From Candidatus Tenderia sp. (GTDB lineage: Bacteria > Pseudomonadota > Gammaproteobacteria > Tenderiales > Tenderiaceae): a stretch of 44,693 nucleotides of DNA. The notes beneath the pieces were generated by a model. It was not told the DNA's origin. It did not search any database and saw nothing but the letters and a program-made list of their open reading frames with translations. The DNA lies in assembly GCA_031416075.1 (NCBI GenBank), contig JANOSY010000026.1, positions 1 through 44,693 on the forward strand. Reading direction: 5' to 3'. Shown here one piece after another: positions 9,316-19,313 of this stretch (the first letter of the stretch is position 1; every line of letters begins with the position of its first letter). Position numbers and translations under genes: made by a program.

Positions 9316-9669
9316 ATGAAAGTTCCGGGTTCTTCAGTAGCAGCCTACTATGTTGGTAATGCTGCGCTCGCCCTGGATCGTCAGGCGGCGCAGCAGTCAC
9401 AACGGGCTGCCCAGCAACTTCAATCTCCCCCACGCCCCCAGCCCCTCAGTGAACAGGTGCTGGAGGGGGAGCTGCTCAACGAGCAGCGCCAGCAGGCCCA
9501 CTCTCAAAAGGATTCTGTGGATGAGTCGGTACTGCGTCAGCAGGGCGCGCCGCCACCGCCGCCAAATCCCCTGAGTAACAATCCCGCTATTCGTCACTAT
9601 CAAAGTACGGCCCTTCTGGATGGCTTTGCCAAGGTGGGGCCGCCCCATCTGGTGGATATCTACGTCTGA
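9316..9669 (+). CDS. Hypothetical Q/P-rich protein
   Basis: 117 aa ATG ORF filling the operon gap; its stop overlaps the next ATG (TGATG). Confidence 0.7.
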   Translation: MKVPGSSVAAYYVGNAALALDRQAAQQSQRAAQQLQSPPRPQPLSEQVLEGELLNEQRQQAHSQKDSVDESVLRQQGAPPPPPNPLSNNPAIRHYQSTALLDGFAKVGPPHLVDIYV

Positions 9670-10160
9670 TGAGCCAAAACAACAGAATGAACCCCCTTGA
9701 CGAGGTGCGTTTACAGCGCCTGCTACAGGGGCAGCGCTGGGGATGTCTCGGTACGCTGGATGGTGGCCATCCAGCGCTGTCGTGGGTGGCCTATGCACTA
9801 GACGGGCAGGGGGCGTTGTTACTGCACTTGAGTCGCTTGGCCAGACATACCCGTAATCTGTTGGTGGATGGGCGGGTTTCGCTGGCACTGACTGAGTGGG
9901 ATGAGGGGGGCTGCGACCCACAAACCCTGGCGCGTATCACCCTTGACGGCGTGGTGGAGCCGCTGGCTGGTGACGACGAGGCCTATCATGCCGCGCGGCA
10001 ATGTTACCTGGCACGTCTGCCAGACGCAGAGATGCTGTTTGGTTTTAAAGACTTTTCGCTTTTCAAACTAACGCCACAAACTGCCCGTTATGTAGAGGGT
10101 TTTGGCAGTAGCCACCGCTTGACGGCGGAGCAACTGCAGGCGTTATTGATCCCCTTATGA
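9669..10160 (+). CDS. Pyridoxamine 5'-phosphate oxidase-like / HugZ family split-barrel protein
   Basis: LHLSRLARHTRNL, DPQTLARITL, FGFKDFSLF, YVEGFG. Confidence 0.85.
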   Translation: MSQNNRMNPLDEVRLQRLLQGQRWGCLGTLDGGHPALSWVAYALDGQGALLLHLSRLARHTRNLLVDGRVSLALTEWDEGGCDPQTLARITLDGVVEPLAGDDEAYHAARQCYLARLPDAEMLFGFKDFSLFKLTPQTARYVEGFGSSHRLTAEQLQALLIPL

Positions 10161-11113
10161 GATATATACATGTGGTTGCCGCCGTGATTGTTAACCCGGC
10201 GGGTGAGGTGCTTCTGGCACTGCGCCCCAAGGATAAACATCAGGGCGGTCTATGGGAGTTCCCCGGCGGCAAGGTAGAGCCGGGGGAGGCGGCACTGGCA
10301 GCGCTCAAGCGTGAACTGTATGAGGAACTAGGTATTAATGTGACTCAGGCGCGGCCATTGATCCAGGTACGGCACTGTTACCCCGATAAGTCGGTGATGT
10401 TAGACGTGTGGCGTGTGGATGGGTTTGAGGGGACAGCCCATGGACGTGAAGGGCAGGTGGTGGAGTGGGTGGTACCAGAGCAGTTGCCGCTCCGCCCCTT
10501 TCCGGCGGCCAACCAGCCGATTGTGACAGCAGCACAGCTGCCGGAATGTTATCTGATCACCCCAGAACCGACACAGCAGGATCAGTTTTTGCAGCAGCTA
10601 ACCGAGGCGTTAGAGGCGGGGATCCGCCTGGTGCAGCTGCGTGCCAAGGGGTTGGCGGGGCATGATTATCGTTCACTGGCCGTGGCCGCGCAGGCCCTTT
10701 GTCATCGTTACAGTGCCCGTCTGTTGTTGAATGCTACACCGGAGTGGGCGGTTGAGGTGGGTGCGGCTGGCGTCCATCTCAGCAGCCAGCGACTGCTGGC
10801 GTTACAGGCGCGGCCCGCCGGTTACGAGCCGTCGTCAGGGCGGTGGCTGGCGGCCTCTTGTCACAACGCTGTGGAGCTGCAACATGCGGTACAGATAGGG
10901 GTTGATTTTGTGGTGCTGTCGCCGGTGAAACCGACCCGCTCCCATCCGGGTGTAGCGGCGCTGGGGCTGGCGCAGATGCAGGCGCTGATGGCCGACGTTC
11001 CCATCCCTGTCTATGCCTTGGGGGGGATGGAACGGGGTGATCTGGAGACTGTTTTTAGCCACGGTGGACAGGGCATTGCCGCCATTCGCGGGCTATGGCC
11101 TGCGGCCCACTGA
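10157..11113 (+). CDS. mutT: MutT-like Nudix hydrolase fused to a thiamine-phosphate synthase-like domain
   Basis: HQGGLWEFPGGKVE...RELYEELG and FPAAN, followed by VQLRAK, GVHL, ASCH, SPVKPTRSHP, YALGG. Confidence 0.9.
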   Translation: MRYIHVVAAVIVNPAGEVLLALRPKDKHQGGLWEFPGGKVEPGEAALAALKRELYEELGINVTQARPLIQVRHCYPDKSVMLDVWRVDGFEGTAHGREGQVVEWVVPEQLPLRPFPAANQPIVTAAQLPECYLITPEPTQQDQFLQQLTEALEAGIRLVQLRAKGLAGHDYRSLAVAAQALCHRYSARLLLNATPEWAVEVGAAGVHLSSQRLLALQARPAGYEPSSGRWLAASCHNAVELQHAVQIGVDFVVLSPVKPTRSHPGVAALGLAQMQALMADVPIPVYALGGMERGDLETVFSHGGQGIAAIRGLWPAAH

Positions 11114-11115
11114 GT

Positions 11116-11310
11116 CTACGGGGTGGGGTCCAGATCACTGCTGAAGGGCGGCTCTTCACATGGGATGGCGCGGTTGCTGCCCTCCACCCACTCCCCCAGA
11201 TCAATCAGACGGCAGCGGTCGTTGCAGAAGGGGCGAAAGGGGGATTGTGGTCCCCAGGCAACGCTGTTGCCACAGGTGGGGCAGGTGACGGTGAGTGGTG
11301 TATTGTTCAT
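11116..11310 (-). CDS. yacG: DNA gyrase inhibitor YacG
   Basis: CPTC...[16 protein letters not shown] zinc finger; conserved coaE-zapD-yacG order. Confidence 0.95.
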   Translation of the reverse strand: MNNTPLTVTCPTCGNSVAWGPQSPFRPFCNDRCRLIDLGEWVEGSNRAIPCEEPPFSSDLDPTP

Positions 11311-12071
11311 AACATGCAGCAGGTCAGTTGGAAGGGGATGGTCTCTGTCACCTGCGTGGGGCGGTCATAAAGGCTTGGCTCCAGCAGGCGGATAGCGAAG
11401 CGGTGTTTGCTGCCGCTGATTTCGGCAAAGCAGGGGATCTCGGCAGCGAGGATGACCCGCACTAACTGGCAACCGCTGCTGGCGTCCAGGGACTTCTGAA
11501 AAAAGCCATCCTCAGCAAGCTCTTGAGTGGTCTGGCCACTGTCGCGAATTAGCCGCAGGGTTAACCGTACCGATTGATTGATGGCATCAAAAGGAGTTAG
11601 CCACTGCTGCAGGGCGAGGGTACGTTGGGCTGGGGGTTGCGAGAGCCAGTAGTGGAAGGCGGGCAGGTCAAAATCGCAACAGCCACCGGCGATGTTGGTG
11701 CGCTGTTTGATACTGCTGAGAAAGTCGTTGGTGCGGATATCCATCTCTTGATTTTTGAGGCTGTAGAGGCGGTCGATCAGGATGTCCATCTCATTCAGGA
11801 TCTGCTCCAGCCGTTTTTTATCCACGTGTGGATTTTCAGATAGCCGTTCCAGCAGTGAAGCCTGACGCTCCATCTCTTTCAGGATTTCGTTTTTGAGGTC
11901 GGTACGGGTGAAGACTTCGGCAATATCAAACAGGCTGTTGACTGCCGCACGGCTGTCCCACAGGGAGTCGCGGTGGCTGTGGGCAAAGGCCTGATCGAAC
12001 AGAAACTCTAGTCGTAGCAGGGTTCGAATGCGTTCGTTGAGCGGTTGTTCGTAGCAGATTTGATCTGGCAC
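11307..12071 (-). CDS. zapD: Cell division protein ZapD
   Basis: [37 protein letters not shown]; start taken at GTG 12071. Confidence 0.95.
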   Translation of the reverse strand: MPDQICYEQPLNERIRTLLRLEFLFDQAFAHSHRDSLWDSRAAVNSLFDIAEVFTRTDLKNEILKEMERQASLLERLSENPHVDKKRLEQILNEMDILIDRLYSLKNQEMDIRTNDFLSSIKQRTNIAGGCCDFDLPAFHYWLSQPPAQRTLALQQWLTPFDAINQSVRLTLRLIRDSGQTTQELAEDGFFQKSLDASSGCQLVRVILAAEIPCFAEISGSKHRFAIRLLEPSLYDRPTQVTETIPFQLTCCML

Positions 12072-12234
12072 TGTAATGTTCTGTCTCCCCGGTGGTATCT
12101 GGTTGTGCAGCGGCGGTTTGCAATGGCCGGGTGTGGCACTGTTTTTGCCCACATCACGACGCTTAAATAAAAGCAGGAGTTAGTGTACGCCATCATTGTG
12201 ATGCAACAAAGGTTGTCAGATGAGTTTGGCGGAA

Positions 12235-12840
12235 TTATTTCTGATATTGCGGCGCTAATTGGGTGTAATGGTGGTGAAGTTGCTCAACCCGGTGCAGGAG
12301 CTGGTGGATGTCACCACTGTTGTTGATGACCTCATCGGCGTTAGCCAGGCGCTGTTCGCGACTCGCCTGGGCGGCAAAGGCGTTGGTGATGTCAGCATCG
12401 TTCATCTGGTCGCGCTGTTTGAGTCGCTGACGGCGAATCTCATCATCACAATCGATAACGAGAATATGGTTCACCAACGCCTGCTGCCCTGTTTCTACTA
12501 GCAGTGGAATGACAAAGATAGTGTAGGGGGTATTGAGTAGCGTGGCTTGGCGTAACATCTCGGCTCGGATGCGTGGATGGAGAATGGCCTCCAGTGCGTG
12601 GCGTTTGCTGCTGTCGGCAAAGATCAGCTGGCGCAGGGCGGGGCGATCAAGCTGGCCAGCATCAGTCACTATCTCAGCGCCAAAGGTTTGGACGATCTCA
12701 GTCAGCGCTGGTTGGCCCGGCTCCACCATCTGGCGGGCGATGAGGTCGGTATCGATAATCGGCACGCCAAGTCTGGCAAAGTGCTCTGCCGCCGCACTTT
12801 TGCCACTACCGATGCCGCCGGTAAGGCCAACGATGAGCAT
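12235..12840 (-). CDS. coaE: Dephospho-CoA kinase
   Basis: VGLTGGIGSGKS P-loop, LDRPALR, LEAILHPRIR. Confidence 0.97.
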   Translation of the reverse strand: MLIVGLTGGIGSGKSAAAEHFARLGVPIIDTDLIARQMVEPGQPALTEIVQTFGAEIVTDAGQLDRPALRQLIFADSSKRHALEAILHPRIRAEMLRQATLLNTPYTIFVIPLLVETGQQALVNHILVIDCDDEIRRQRLKQRDQMNDADITNAFAAQASREQRLANADEVINNSGDIHQLLHRVEQLHHHYTQLAPQYQK

Positions 12841-12848
12841 TTAATAGA

Positions 12849-13727
12849 TCACAAACCACTCACGCTCAGATAGGCGGCGGTGATGGTCTCGCCCCAGTAG
12901 AGCGCAATCAGGCCGGCAATTGCGAGATAGGGGCCAAAGGGGATGGGGATGTTGTGGTCACGGCCACGCAGCAGGATCAGGCTAATACCAATTACCGCGC
13001 CGACCAGGGAGGAGAGCAGGATAACAAGTGGTAACATCTGCCACCCCATCCAGGCCCCCAGCAGGGCCAGCAGTTTGAAATCGCCATACCCCATCCCCTC
13101 CTTGCCGGTGACCAGCTTAAAGCCCCAATAGACCGACCAGAGTGCAAGGTAGCCAGCAATAGCGCCGACCACGGCGCTGTTGATGTCGGTAACGGTGCCA
13201 GACAGGTTGAGTGCCAGTCCCACCCATAGAAAAGGGAGGGTAATGCTGTCGGGCAGTAGCTGGTGGTCCAGATCGATGACTGTCAGCGAGATCAGCACCC
13301 AGGTGAGCACTATAGCGGCGGCGCTCTCCCAGCCAAACCCAAAGTGCCATGCCGCAAATCCAGAGAGGAGCGCAGTGACCGTCTCGATGATGGGGTAGCG
13401 GAGTGAAATATGTACGCCACAGCCGGAACATTTGCCCCGCAGCATCAGGTAACTGATGACGGGGATATTCTCCCATGGACGGATCTTATGGCCACAGTGG
13501 GGACAGCTGGAGCCGGGCTTGGCGAGGTTGTAGGGTGTTCCCCCGCCCGGTTCTGTTGCCAGGGTTGGGGGGCTGATCTCGATACACTGTTGTCGCCACT
13601 GCCGCTCCATCATGATCGGCAGGCGGTGAATCACCACGTTGAGAAAGCTGCCTACCAGCGCCCCCAGCAGTGTGATGCAGGTGATAAAAAAGGTGGGGCT
13701 CTGTTCAAAGTAACCGGCAAGTGTCAT
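12849..13727 (-). CDS. pilD: Prepilin peptidase/N-methyltransferase
   Basis: GSFLNVVIHRLP, CPHC/CSGC zinc sites, IDLDHQLLPD, GMGYGDFKL, PFGPYL; start at ATG 13727. Confidence 0.97.
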   Translation of the reverse strand: MTLAGYFEQSPTFFITCITLLGALVGSFLNVVIHRLPIMMERQWRQQCIEISPPTLATEPGGGTPYNLAKPGSSCPHCGHKIRPWENIPVISYLMLRGKCSGCGVHISLRYPIIETVTALLSGFAAWHFGFGWESAAAIVLTWVLISLTVIDLDHQLLPDSITLPFLWVGLALNLSGTVTDINSAVVGAIAGYLALWSVYWGFKLVTGKEGMGYGDFKLLALLGAWMGWQMLPLVILLSSLVGAVIGISLILLRGRDHNIPIPFGPYLAIAGLIALYWGETITAAYLSVSGL

Positions 13728-13734
13728 GGATGTT

Positions 13735-14973
13735 TTATACCACTTGTCCCATTTTGAATATGGGCAGGTACATGGCGATGACCATGCCGCCAATCAGGAC
13801 ACCCAATACCCCCATGATGACCGGCTCCATCAGACTACTCAGACCATCGACGGCGTTATCGACCTCCTCCTCATAAAAGTCCGCCACCTTGGCCAGCATG
13901 GCATCCAGAGAGCCGGCCTCCTCACCGATGGCGATGAGCTGGCAGACCATGTTGGGGAATAGCCCGGTCTGGCGCATGGAGAGCTGCAGGGAGATACCGG
14001 TGGCAATCTCATCACGCATCCGCAAAATGGCGTTGGAGTAGACTACGTTGCCCGCTGCCCCTGCCACGGTGGTCATCGCTTCAACCAGGGGCACACCGGC
14101 GGCAAACATGGTTGAGAGGGTGCGGGCAAAACGGGCGATGGTCGCCTTCTGAAAGATGTCACCAAAGATCGGCAGCTTGAGCATGGTTTTGTCGATAAAG
14201 TCCCGAAAGGCCTGTGATTTGCGTTTGGCCTGCATCAGGGCATAAACAACAGCAATGATCACACCAAATAAGACGTACCACCACTCAATCAGAAAGTCCG
14301 ACATGTCGATCACCATCTGGGTCATGGCCGGCAGATCGGCACCAAACCCTTCAAACAGGGCTGAAAACTGCGGGATGACAAAGACCAGCAGGATGGTGGT
14401 GACGATGGCGGCGGCAACAATAATGGCGGCGGGGTAGAAGAGGGCCTTTTTGATCTTGCCCTTGATCGCCTCAATCTTCTCTTTGTAGAGGGCGATTTTA
14501 TGCAGCAGCCCTTCAAGGATACCGGCCTGTTCACCGGCATTCACCAAATTGCAGTAGAGGGCGTCAAACTGATCCGGGAATTTTGAGAGCGCCTCGGCCA
14601 AAGAGTTACCGCCTTCGATATCACTCTTGATCTTCATTAATAGCTCCTGCATGGCCGGGTTCTCATGGCCACGGCCGACAATCTCAAACGACTGTACCAG
14701 GGGCACACCGGAGCTCATCATGGTGGCCATCTGCCGACTGAAGATGGCAATATCCTTGGCGGTGATCTTTTTGCGCCCTTTTGCGCCAAAAAGCGGTTTA
14801 GACTTCTTTTTTACCTTAAGTGGGGTGATGCCCTGGCGGCGCAGCTCCGCCTTCACCAGTGTCACCGTCAGGCCACGCACCTCGCCCTTGGCGCGGTTGC
14901 CCCGTTTGTCACTCCCTTCCCAGAGATAGGTGTCCTGATTTTTTGCTTTTTTTGCTACCGCTTTTTCAGCCAT
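13735..14973 (-). CDS. pilC: Type IV pilus platform protein
   Basis: FSRQMATMMSSGVPL, AGEQAG, GEEAGSLD, AMYLPIF. Confidence 0.97.
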   Translation of the reverse strand: MAEKAVAKKAKNQDTYLWEGSDKRGNRAKGEVRGLTVTLVKAELRRQGITPLKVKKKSKPLFGAKGRKKITAKDIAIFSRQMATMMSSGVPLVQSFEIVGRGHENPAMQELLMKIKSDIEGGNSLAEALSKFPDQFDALYCNLVNAGEQAGILEGLLHKIALYKEKIEAIKGKIKKALFYPAAIIVAAAIVTTILLVFVIPQFSALFEGFGADLPAMTQMVIDMSDFLIEWWYVLFGVIIAVVYALMQAKRKSQAFRDFIDKTMLKLPIFGDIFQKATIARFARTLSTMFAAGVPLVEAMTTVAGAAGNVVYSNAILRMRDEIATGISLQLSMRQTGLFPNMVCQLIAIGEEAGSLDAMLAKVADFYEEEVDNAVDGLSSLMEPVIMGVLGVLIGGMVIAMYLPIFKMGQVV

Positions 14974-14975
14974 GG

Positions 14976-16679
14976 TTACTCCGTAACAACCCGGTTAAGT
15001 TCCTCCAGGCTGGTGACTCCTTGTCGTATCTTGTTTAGCCCCGATTCACGCAGGTCAGGGATACCCTCTTTTTTGGCTTGATCGGCCAGATTGATGGCAT
15101 TCCCCCCCGCCATGATGATTCTACCCATTTCTTCCGATATAGGCATTACCTGATATATACCGACACGCCCCTTATATCCTTCGCCGCACTGGTCACAGCC
15201 AACGGCGCGGTTGATTTTCAGGGTATCAACCTCCTCTTCACGAAACCCGGCATCAAGCAGCGCCTGGCGTGGAATGTCATGGGTGGTCTTGCAGTGTGAG
15301 CAGAGTCGCCGTGCCAGCCGCTGTGCAATGATCAATGAAACGGCTGATGCAATGTTGAACGGGGCGACCCCCATATTCATCAGGCGTGACAATGTTTGTG
15401 GTGCGTCATTAGTATGCAGGGTGGATAGTACCATATGGCCGGTTTGCGCGGCCTTGATGGCGATCTCCGCTGTCTCAAGGTCACGAATCTCCCCCACCAT
15501 GATCACATCCGGGTCCTGGCGCAGGAATGCCTTAAGTGCCGCCGCAAAGGTCAGCCCCACCTTGGGATTGACGTTGACCTGATTCACCCCGGGCAGATTG
15601 ATTTCAGCCGGGTCTTCCGCCGTTGAGATATTGCGATCCGAGGTGTTGAGAATATTCAGCCCGGTATAAAGCGATACGGTTTTACCACTGCCGGTAGGGC
15701 CGGTCACCAGGATCATGCCGTAGGGCATGTTGAGCGCATCCATGAAGAGCTTTTTCTGTGCCGGTTCATACCCCAAGGCATCGATGCCGAGCTTGGCGCT
15801 GCTGGGATCAAGGATACGCATGACGATCTTTTCACCAAACAGGGTCGGGCAGGTGCTGACACGAAAGTCGATTGCACGGCTCTTGGAAATTTTCAGCTTG
15901 ATGCGCCCATCCTGAGGCACACGTTTTTCAGAGATGTCGAGGCGTGACATTACTTTTATACGTGCCGCCAGTTTGCCCGCCAGTGCAATAGGGGGATTGG
16001 TCACCTCGTGCAACATGCCATCCTGGCGGAAGCGCACACGATAGAGGGCCTCGTAAGGTTCGAAGTGAATATCGGAAGCCCCTTTATTAATGGCGTCCAG
16101 CAGTACCTTGTTTACAAAACGGACCACCGGTGCATCTTCAGTATCCTGTTCAGTAACATTGTCACCCTGTGGCTCCTCATCGCCGCCGGTTATGTCCAGG
16201 TCATCCAGTGTTGCGTCGTCCAACCCCTCCATGGTTTTATCCATCGCCTCAAGGACCTTCTCCACCAGCTTGGAGAGTTTGTCCTCCTCCACCAGAACGG
16301 CCTCGGTATTGGTGCCGCTGGCAAATTTAAACTCATCCAGTGCCAGGATGTTGGTGGGGTCAGAGATGGCAATGTAGAGGCGGTTGCCACGTTTTGTAAG
16401 TGGCAGCGCGTTATGTTTTTTGATCAGTTTTTCATTGACCAGTGTGGTATTGGCCTGCTCCATATCCATGGCGTCCAGGTCAAACAGCGGCACCCCAAAT
16501 TCGTTGGCGGCGGCGTTGGCAATCTCTTTGGCGTTGGCCAGTTTTTTATGGACCAGGTGGCGCACAAACGGGATCTTCTCCTGTGCCGCATCGGCAGCCG
16601 CCTTTTGTGCGGTTTCGCTGCTGATCAAGCCGTCATTGACAAGGCGCAATGCCAGTCCGGTAAGTGCAAGGCCGTTCAT
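14976..16679 (-). CDS. pilB: Type IV-A pilus assembly ATPase
   Basis: ASDIHFEP, RVPQDGR, GPTGSGKT, LRQDPD, TGHMVLSTLHTN, Cys zinc motif. Confidence 0.97.
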   Translation of the reverse strand: MNGLALTGLALRLVNDGLISSETAQKAAADAAQEKIPFVRHLVHKKLANAKEIANAAANEFGVPLFDLDAMDMEQANTTLVNEKLIKKHNALPLTKRGNRLYIAISDPTNILALDEFKFASGTNTEAVLVEEDKLSKLVEKVLEAMDKTMEGLDDATLDDLDITGGDEEPQGDNVTEQDTEDAPVVRFVNKVLLDAINKGASDIHFEPYEALYRVRFRQDGMLHEVTNPPIALAGKLAARIKVMSRLDISEKRVPQDGRIKLKISKSRAIDFRVSTCPTLFGEKIVMRILDPSSAKLGIDALGYEPAQKKLFMDALNMPYGMILVTGPTGSGKTVSLYTGLNILNTSDRNISTAEDPAEINLPGVNQVNVNPKVGLTFAAALKAFLRQDPDVIMVGEIRDLETAEIAIKAAQTGHMVLSTLHTNDAPQTLSRLMNMGVAPFNIASAVSLIIAQRLARRLCSHCKTTHDIPRQALLDAGFREEEVDTLKINRAVGCDQCGEGYKGRVGIYQVMPISEEMGRIIMAGGNAINLADQAKKEGIPDLRESGLNKIRQGVTSLEELNRVVTE

Positions 16680-16745
16680 CGTAGTATCAGCTCTCTACCT
16701 GTGTTGTGTTCTCAGGGTTTTCGACCGTTGGGGCGGATACTTTAA

Positions 16746-16794
16746 GAAACCGCTGAATAACTCCTCCGTTCGTGGTGAGCTTGTCGAACCATGA
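16746..16794. repeat. Partial inverted copy (one end) of the MITE at 20961-21090
   Basis: GAAACCGCTGAATAACTCCTCCGTTCGTGGTGAGCTTGTCGAACCATGA matches the reverse complement of 21042-21090 with 3 mismatches by eye. Confidence 0.85.
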
Positions 16795-16820
16795 ACGGAG
16801 GTGCGCACCACGACCAGGAT

Positions 16821-17102
16821 CGTAGGGTGCAATGCCCAAAACATTCGCTACGTTCATGGGGCAGGCGGATATGCCCAAAGCGCTTGCCCAAAACGCTTCG
16901 CGGGGCAGCTCACGGGGAGGCTCTTGTGCCGCAGGGTTTGATGGATGTAATACGTTGAGTGTTGGCTTGGTTTAACGTTTCATTGTGGCGTTGAGCGTGG
17001 CGTTTGTTTGTCGATTGAGAAGAGAGAAATAATCAGCTTGCTTGAGTTGTGCTGGCTGTCATTCGGCGCAATGCCCGTTGGTTATTGCCCTACGGCCCTA
17101 CG
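16821..17102. repeat. Degenerate GTAG-type REP sequences in inverted orientation
   Basis: CGTAGGGTGCAATGCCC at 16821. At 17065-17094 the reverse complement reads CGTAGGGCAATAACCAACGGGCATTGCGCC, with GCCCTACG duplicated. Confidence 0.55.
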
Positions 17103-17135
17103 GTCTTAATAAGTGCTTGTGCTTCAGTGAGGGGG

Positions 17136-17165
17136 GGAGTGAGCCAGCGGCTCACTCCGTTTTTT
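17136..17165. terminator. Strong hairpin downstream of pilA
   Basis: GGAGTGAGCC-AGC-GGCTCACTCC is a 10-bp perfect stem. The T-run is on the + strand, so it is not a canonical U-tract for the pilA direction. Confidence 0.55.
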
Positions 17166-17200
17166 ATTTTGCGTGCAGCACATGCTACGCGGGACGACAG

Positions 17201-17629
17201 TTAGATACCAGTCTTGCTCTTTGTGCAGCCAGTACCAGAGGTGACGCCGTCCCAAGTGATTGCGTTGCTGCTTACTGTGGGTGTGAATGTTACTACGCAG
17301 CTACCAACAGCGGCAGTTCCAGTGGCGACGATGGCAGCAGTGGTAGCTGTGAGTGTCACCGTTGCGTTGGTAGGCACAGGCAATGTGGCGTATCCGACAA
17401 CTGTTGTAAGCTTAGCCAGAGTATCACACGCAGTAATAACTCCATTACTATTCTGAGTGCATTCTGCTATTGCGTTCTTTAAAGATGCAACTTGGGTGAT
17501 GTTGTCGGACCATTTTGCACGGGTTACATAATCTTGATACTGTGGAATCGCTACAGCTGCCAAAATACCGATGATCGCTACAACGATCATCAGCTCTATT
17601 AAGGTAAAACCTTTTTGCATCGTCTTCAT
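17201..17629 (-). CDS. pilA: Type IVa major pilin
   Basis: MKTMQKG|[27 protein letters not shown] class III signal, GGAG RBS, C-terminal Cys pair. Confidence 0.97.
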   Translation of the reverse strand: MKTMQKGFTLIELMIVVAIIGILAAVAIPQYQDYVTRAKWSDNITQVASLKNAIAECTQNSNGVITACDTLAKLTTVVGYATLPVPTNATVTLTATTAAIVATGTAAVGSCVVTFTPTVSSNAITWDGVTSGTGCTKSKTGI

Positions 17630-17773
17630 TTGTGTTTCTCCTAATGTGTGTAAGTGTGAATCCATTACTGTGATAACTTTAACCCTGGCTTAAAAACGTG
17701 CTTCGTTATGCGTTATCGGTTCTGTTGCTACAGACTTTAACGGTGATTTACGTTTTGGCCTTGGTGTGAGTAG

Positions 17774-17789
17774 TGCACTTCCTGTGCCA
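17774..17789 (-). promoter_or_regulatory. Sigma-54 promoter of pilA
   Basis: Minus strand TGGCACAGGAAGTGCA (GG-N10-GC) upstream of pilA, next to the sigma-54 activator gene pilR. Confidence 0.8.
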
Positions 17790-17950
17790 TTGAGTGGTTA
17801 GATACGGTTTTGTATCTGTCCGTCTATGGCTTGTGTCGATTATGTCACAAAAAAAATAGAAGAACAGCGGCCTGAGCGGTGTGTTTGGTGTAAAAGTTTA
17901 TTAACGGTGGGGGCTGATGTTGAATGTGTCGTCGCTCAGTGACGATGGTG

Positions 17951-17963
17951 GTCACATTGTGAC
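17951..17963. promoter_or_regulatory. Palindrome, candidate PilR upstream activator site
   Basis: GTCACA-T-TGTGAC is a perfect inverted repeat about 160 bp upstream of the sigma-54 site; there is a half site TGTCAC near 17843. Confidence 0.4.
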
Positions 17964-17978
17964 GCGAGCTGTCTGTTT

Positions 17979-19313
17979 TTAATCTATTCCCAGTTTTTTC
18001 AGGCGATAACGTAGCTGTCTGAAGCTGATGCCGAGCAGTTTGGCGGAGGCGGTTTTGTTGTATTTGGTTTCTATCAATGCCTTTTCAATGACGTCGCGGG
18101 CCTGGTGATCGAGATAGGTGTCGAGGGGCTGGCTTTCCAGGTCATGCTCTCTGTTCTCGGCTGTGTGTGGCAGGTGCAGATCTTCTGGTTGGATGGTGTT
18201 TTTTTCGCAGAGTGTCAGGGCGCGTTCGAGGATGTTTTCCAGTTCACGTACGTTGCCGGGAAAGTGGTAGGTATGGAGTGCGGCAAGTGCTGCGGGTGAG
18301 AGGGTGGGTTTGTCCAGTGCCATGCTGCGGCTGATTTTTTTCAGGCAGTGTTCTGCCAGCATGGGGATGTCGTCACGGCGTTGACGCAGGCTGGGCACGT
18401 GCAGTTCGATGACGTTGATGCGGTAAAAGAGGTCCTGGCGGAAGGTGCCTGCTGCCACTAATTCAGCAAGGTTTTTGTGGGTGGCGCTGAGCAGACGTAC
18501 GTCAATGGAAAACTCTTGCTGGGTGCCGATGGGGCGAATCGATTTTTCCTGGATGGCGCGCAGTAGTTTGACCTGCATCTGCAGGGGCAGGTCGGCCACC
18601 TCATCCAGAAACAGTGTGCCACCGTCGGCAGCCTGGAAGAGGCCATCTTTGTTGCTGTGGGCACCGGTGAAGCTCCCTTTTTTGTGGCCAAAAAATTCAC
18701 TCTCCATTAACGCTTCAGGAATAGCCCCGCAGTTGACCGGGACAAAGGGCAGTGCGGCGCGTGGCCCCTTTTCATGGATGAGGCGGGCGACCAGCTCTTT
18801 GCCACTGCCCGATTCGCCACTTATATAGATGGGGGCCTGGCTGCGTGCCACCTTGGCAATTTTGTGGCGGATCTGGCGCATCGCTTCCGATTCACCCAGC
18901 AGTGAGTCACGGCTGCGACGCTCCTGGGGGGTGTCTTCCCCTTTATGGAGTTTGAGTGCGGTGCTGACGAGGTTGCGCAGGACGTGCAGGTCGACGGGTT
19001 TGGATACAAAGTCAAAGGCCCCGGCCTTGAGTGCGGTGACGGCGGCCTCCATGTTGCCGTGGGCGGTGATCATGGCGACGGGGGTGTCGGGGTGGTGACG
19101 TTGTATATCCCGGACCAGTTCGATGCCGTCACCGTCGGGCAGGCGCATATCGGTGAGGCAGAAGTCGTAATGGCGGCTGGCCAGCAGTTTGCGCGCCTGC
19201 ATCAGGTCAGGGGCGCTGTGGCAGTCGATGGCCATGCGCTCCAATGTGAGGGTGAGGAGTTCGCGGATGTCGGGTTCGTCGTCGACGATGAGTGCGAGTG
19301 GTCGTCTAAGCAT
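17979..19313 (-). CDS. pilR: Sigma-54-dependent response regulator PilR
   Basis: Receiver domain, GESGSGKE, ESEFFGHKKGSFTGA, Fis-type HTH ending FRQLRYRLKKLGID. Confidence 0.95.
   Translation of the reverse strand: MLRRPLALIVDDEPDIRELLTLTLERMAIDCHSAPDLMQARKLLASRHYDFCLTDMRLPDGDGIELVRDIQRHHPDTPVAMITAHGNMEAAVTALKAGAFDFVSKPVDLHVLRNLVSTALKLHKGEDTPQERRSRDSLLGESEAMRQIRHKIAKVARSQAPIYISGESGSGKELVARLIHEKGPRAALPFVPVNCGAIPEALMESEFFGHKKGSFTGAHSNKDGLFQAADGGTLFLDEVADLPLQMQVKLLRAIQEKSIRPIGTQQEFSIDVRLLSATHKNLAELVAAGTFRQDLFYRINVIELHVPSLRQRRDDIPMLAEHCLKKISRSMALDKPTLSPAALAALHTYHFPGNVRELENILERALTLCEKNTIQPEDLHLPHTAENREHDLESQPLDTYLDHQARDVIEKALIETKYNKTASAKLLGISFRQLRYRLKKLGID

Noticed and set aside
17042-17482. Cys-rich 146-aa plus-strand ORF
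   Set aside because: Antisense to pilA; the Cys richness is a by-product of Thr/Ala codons on the other strand.
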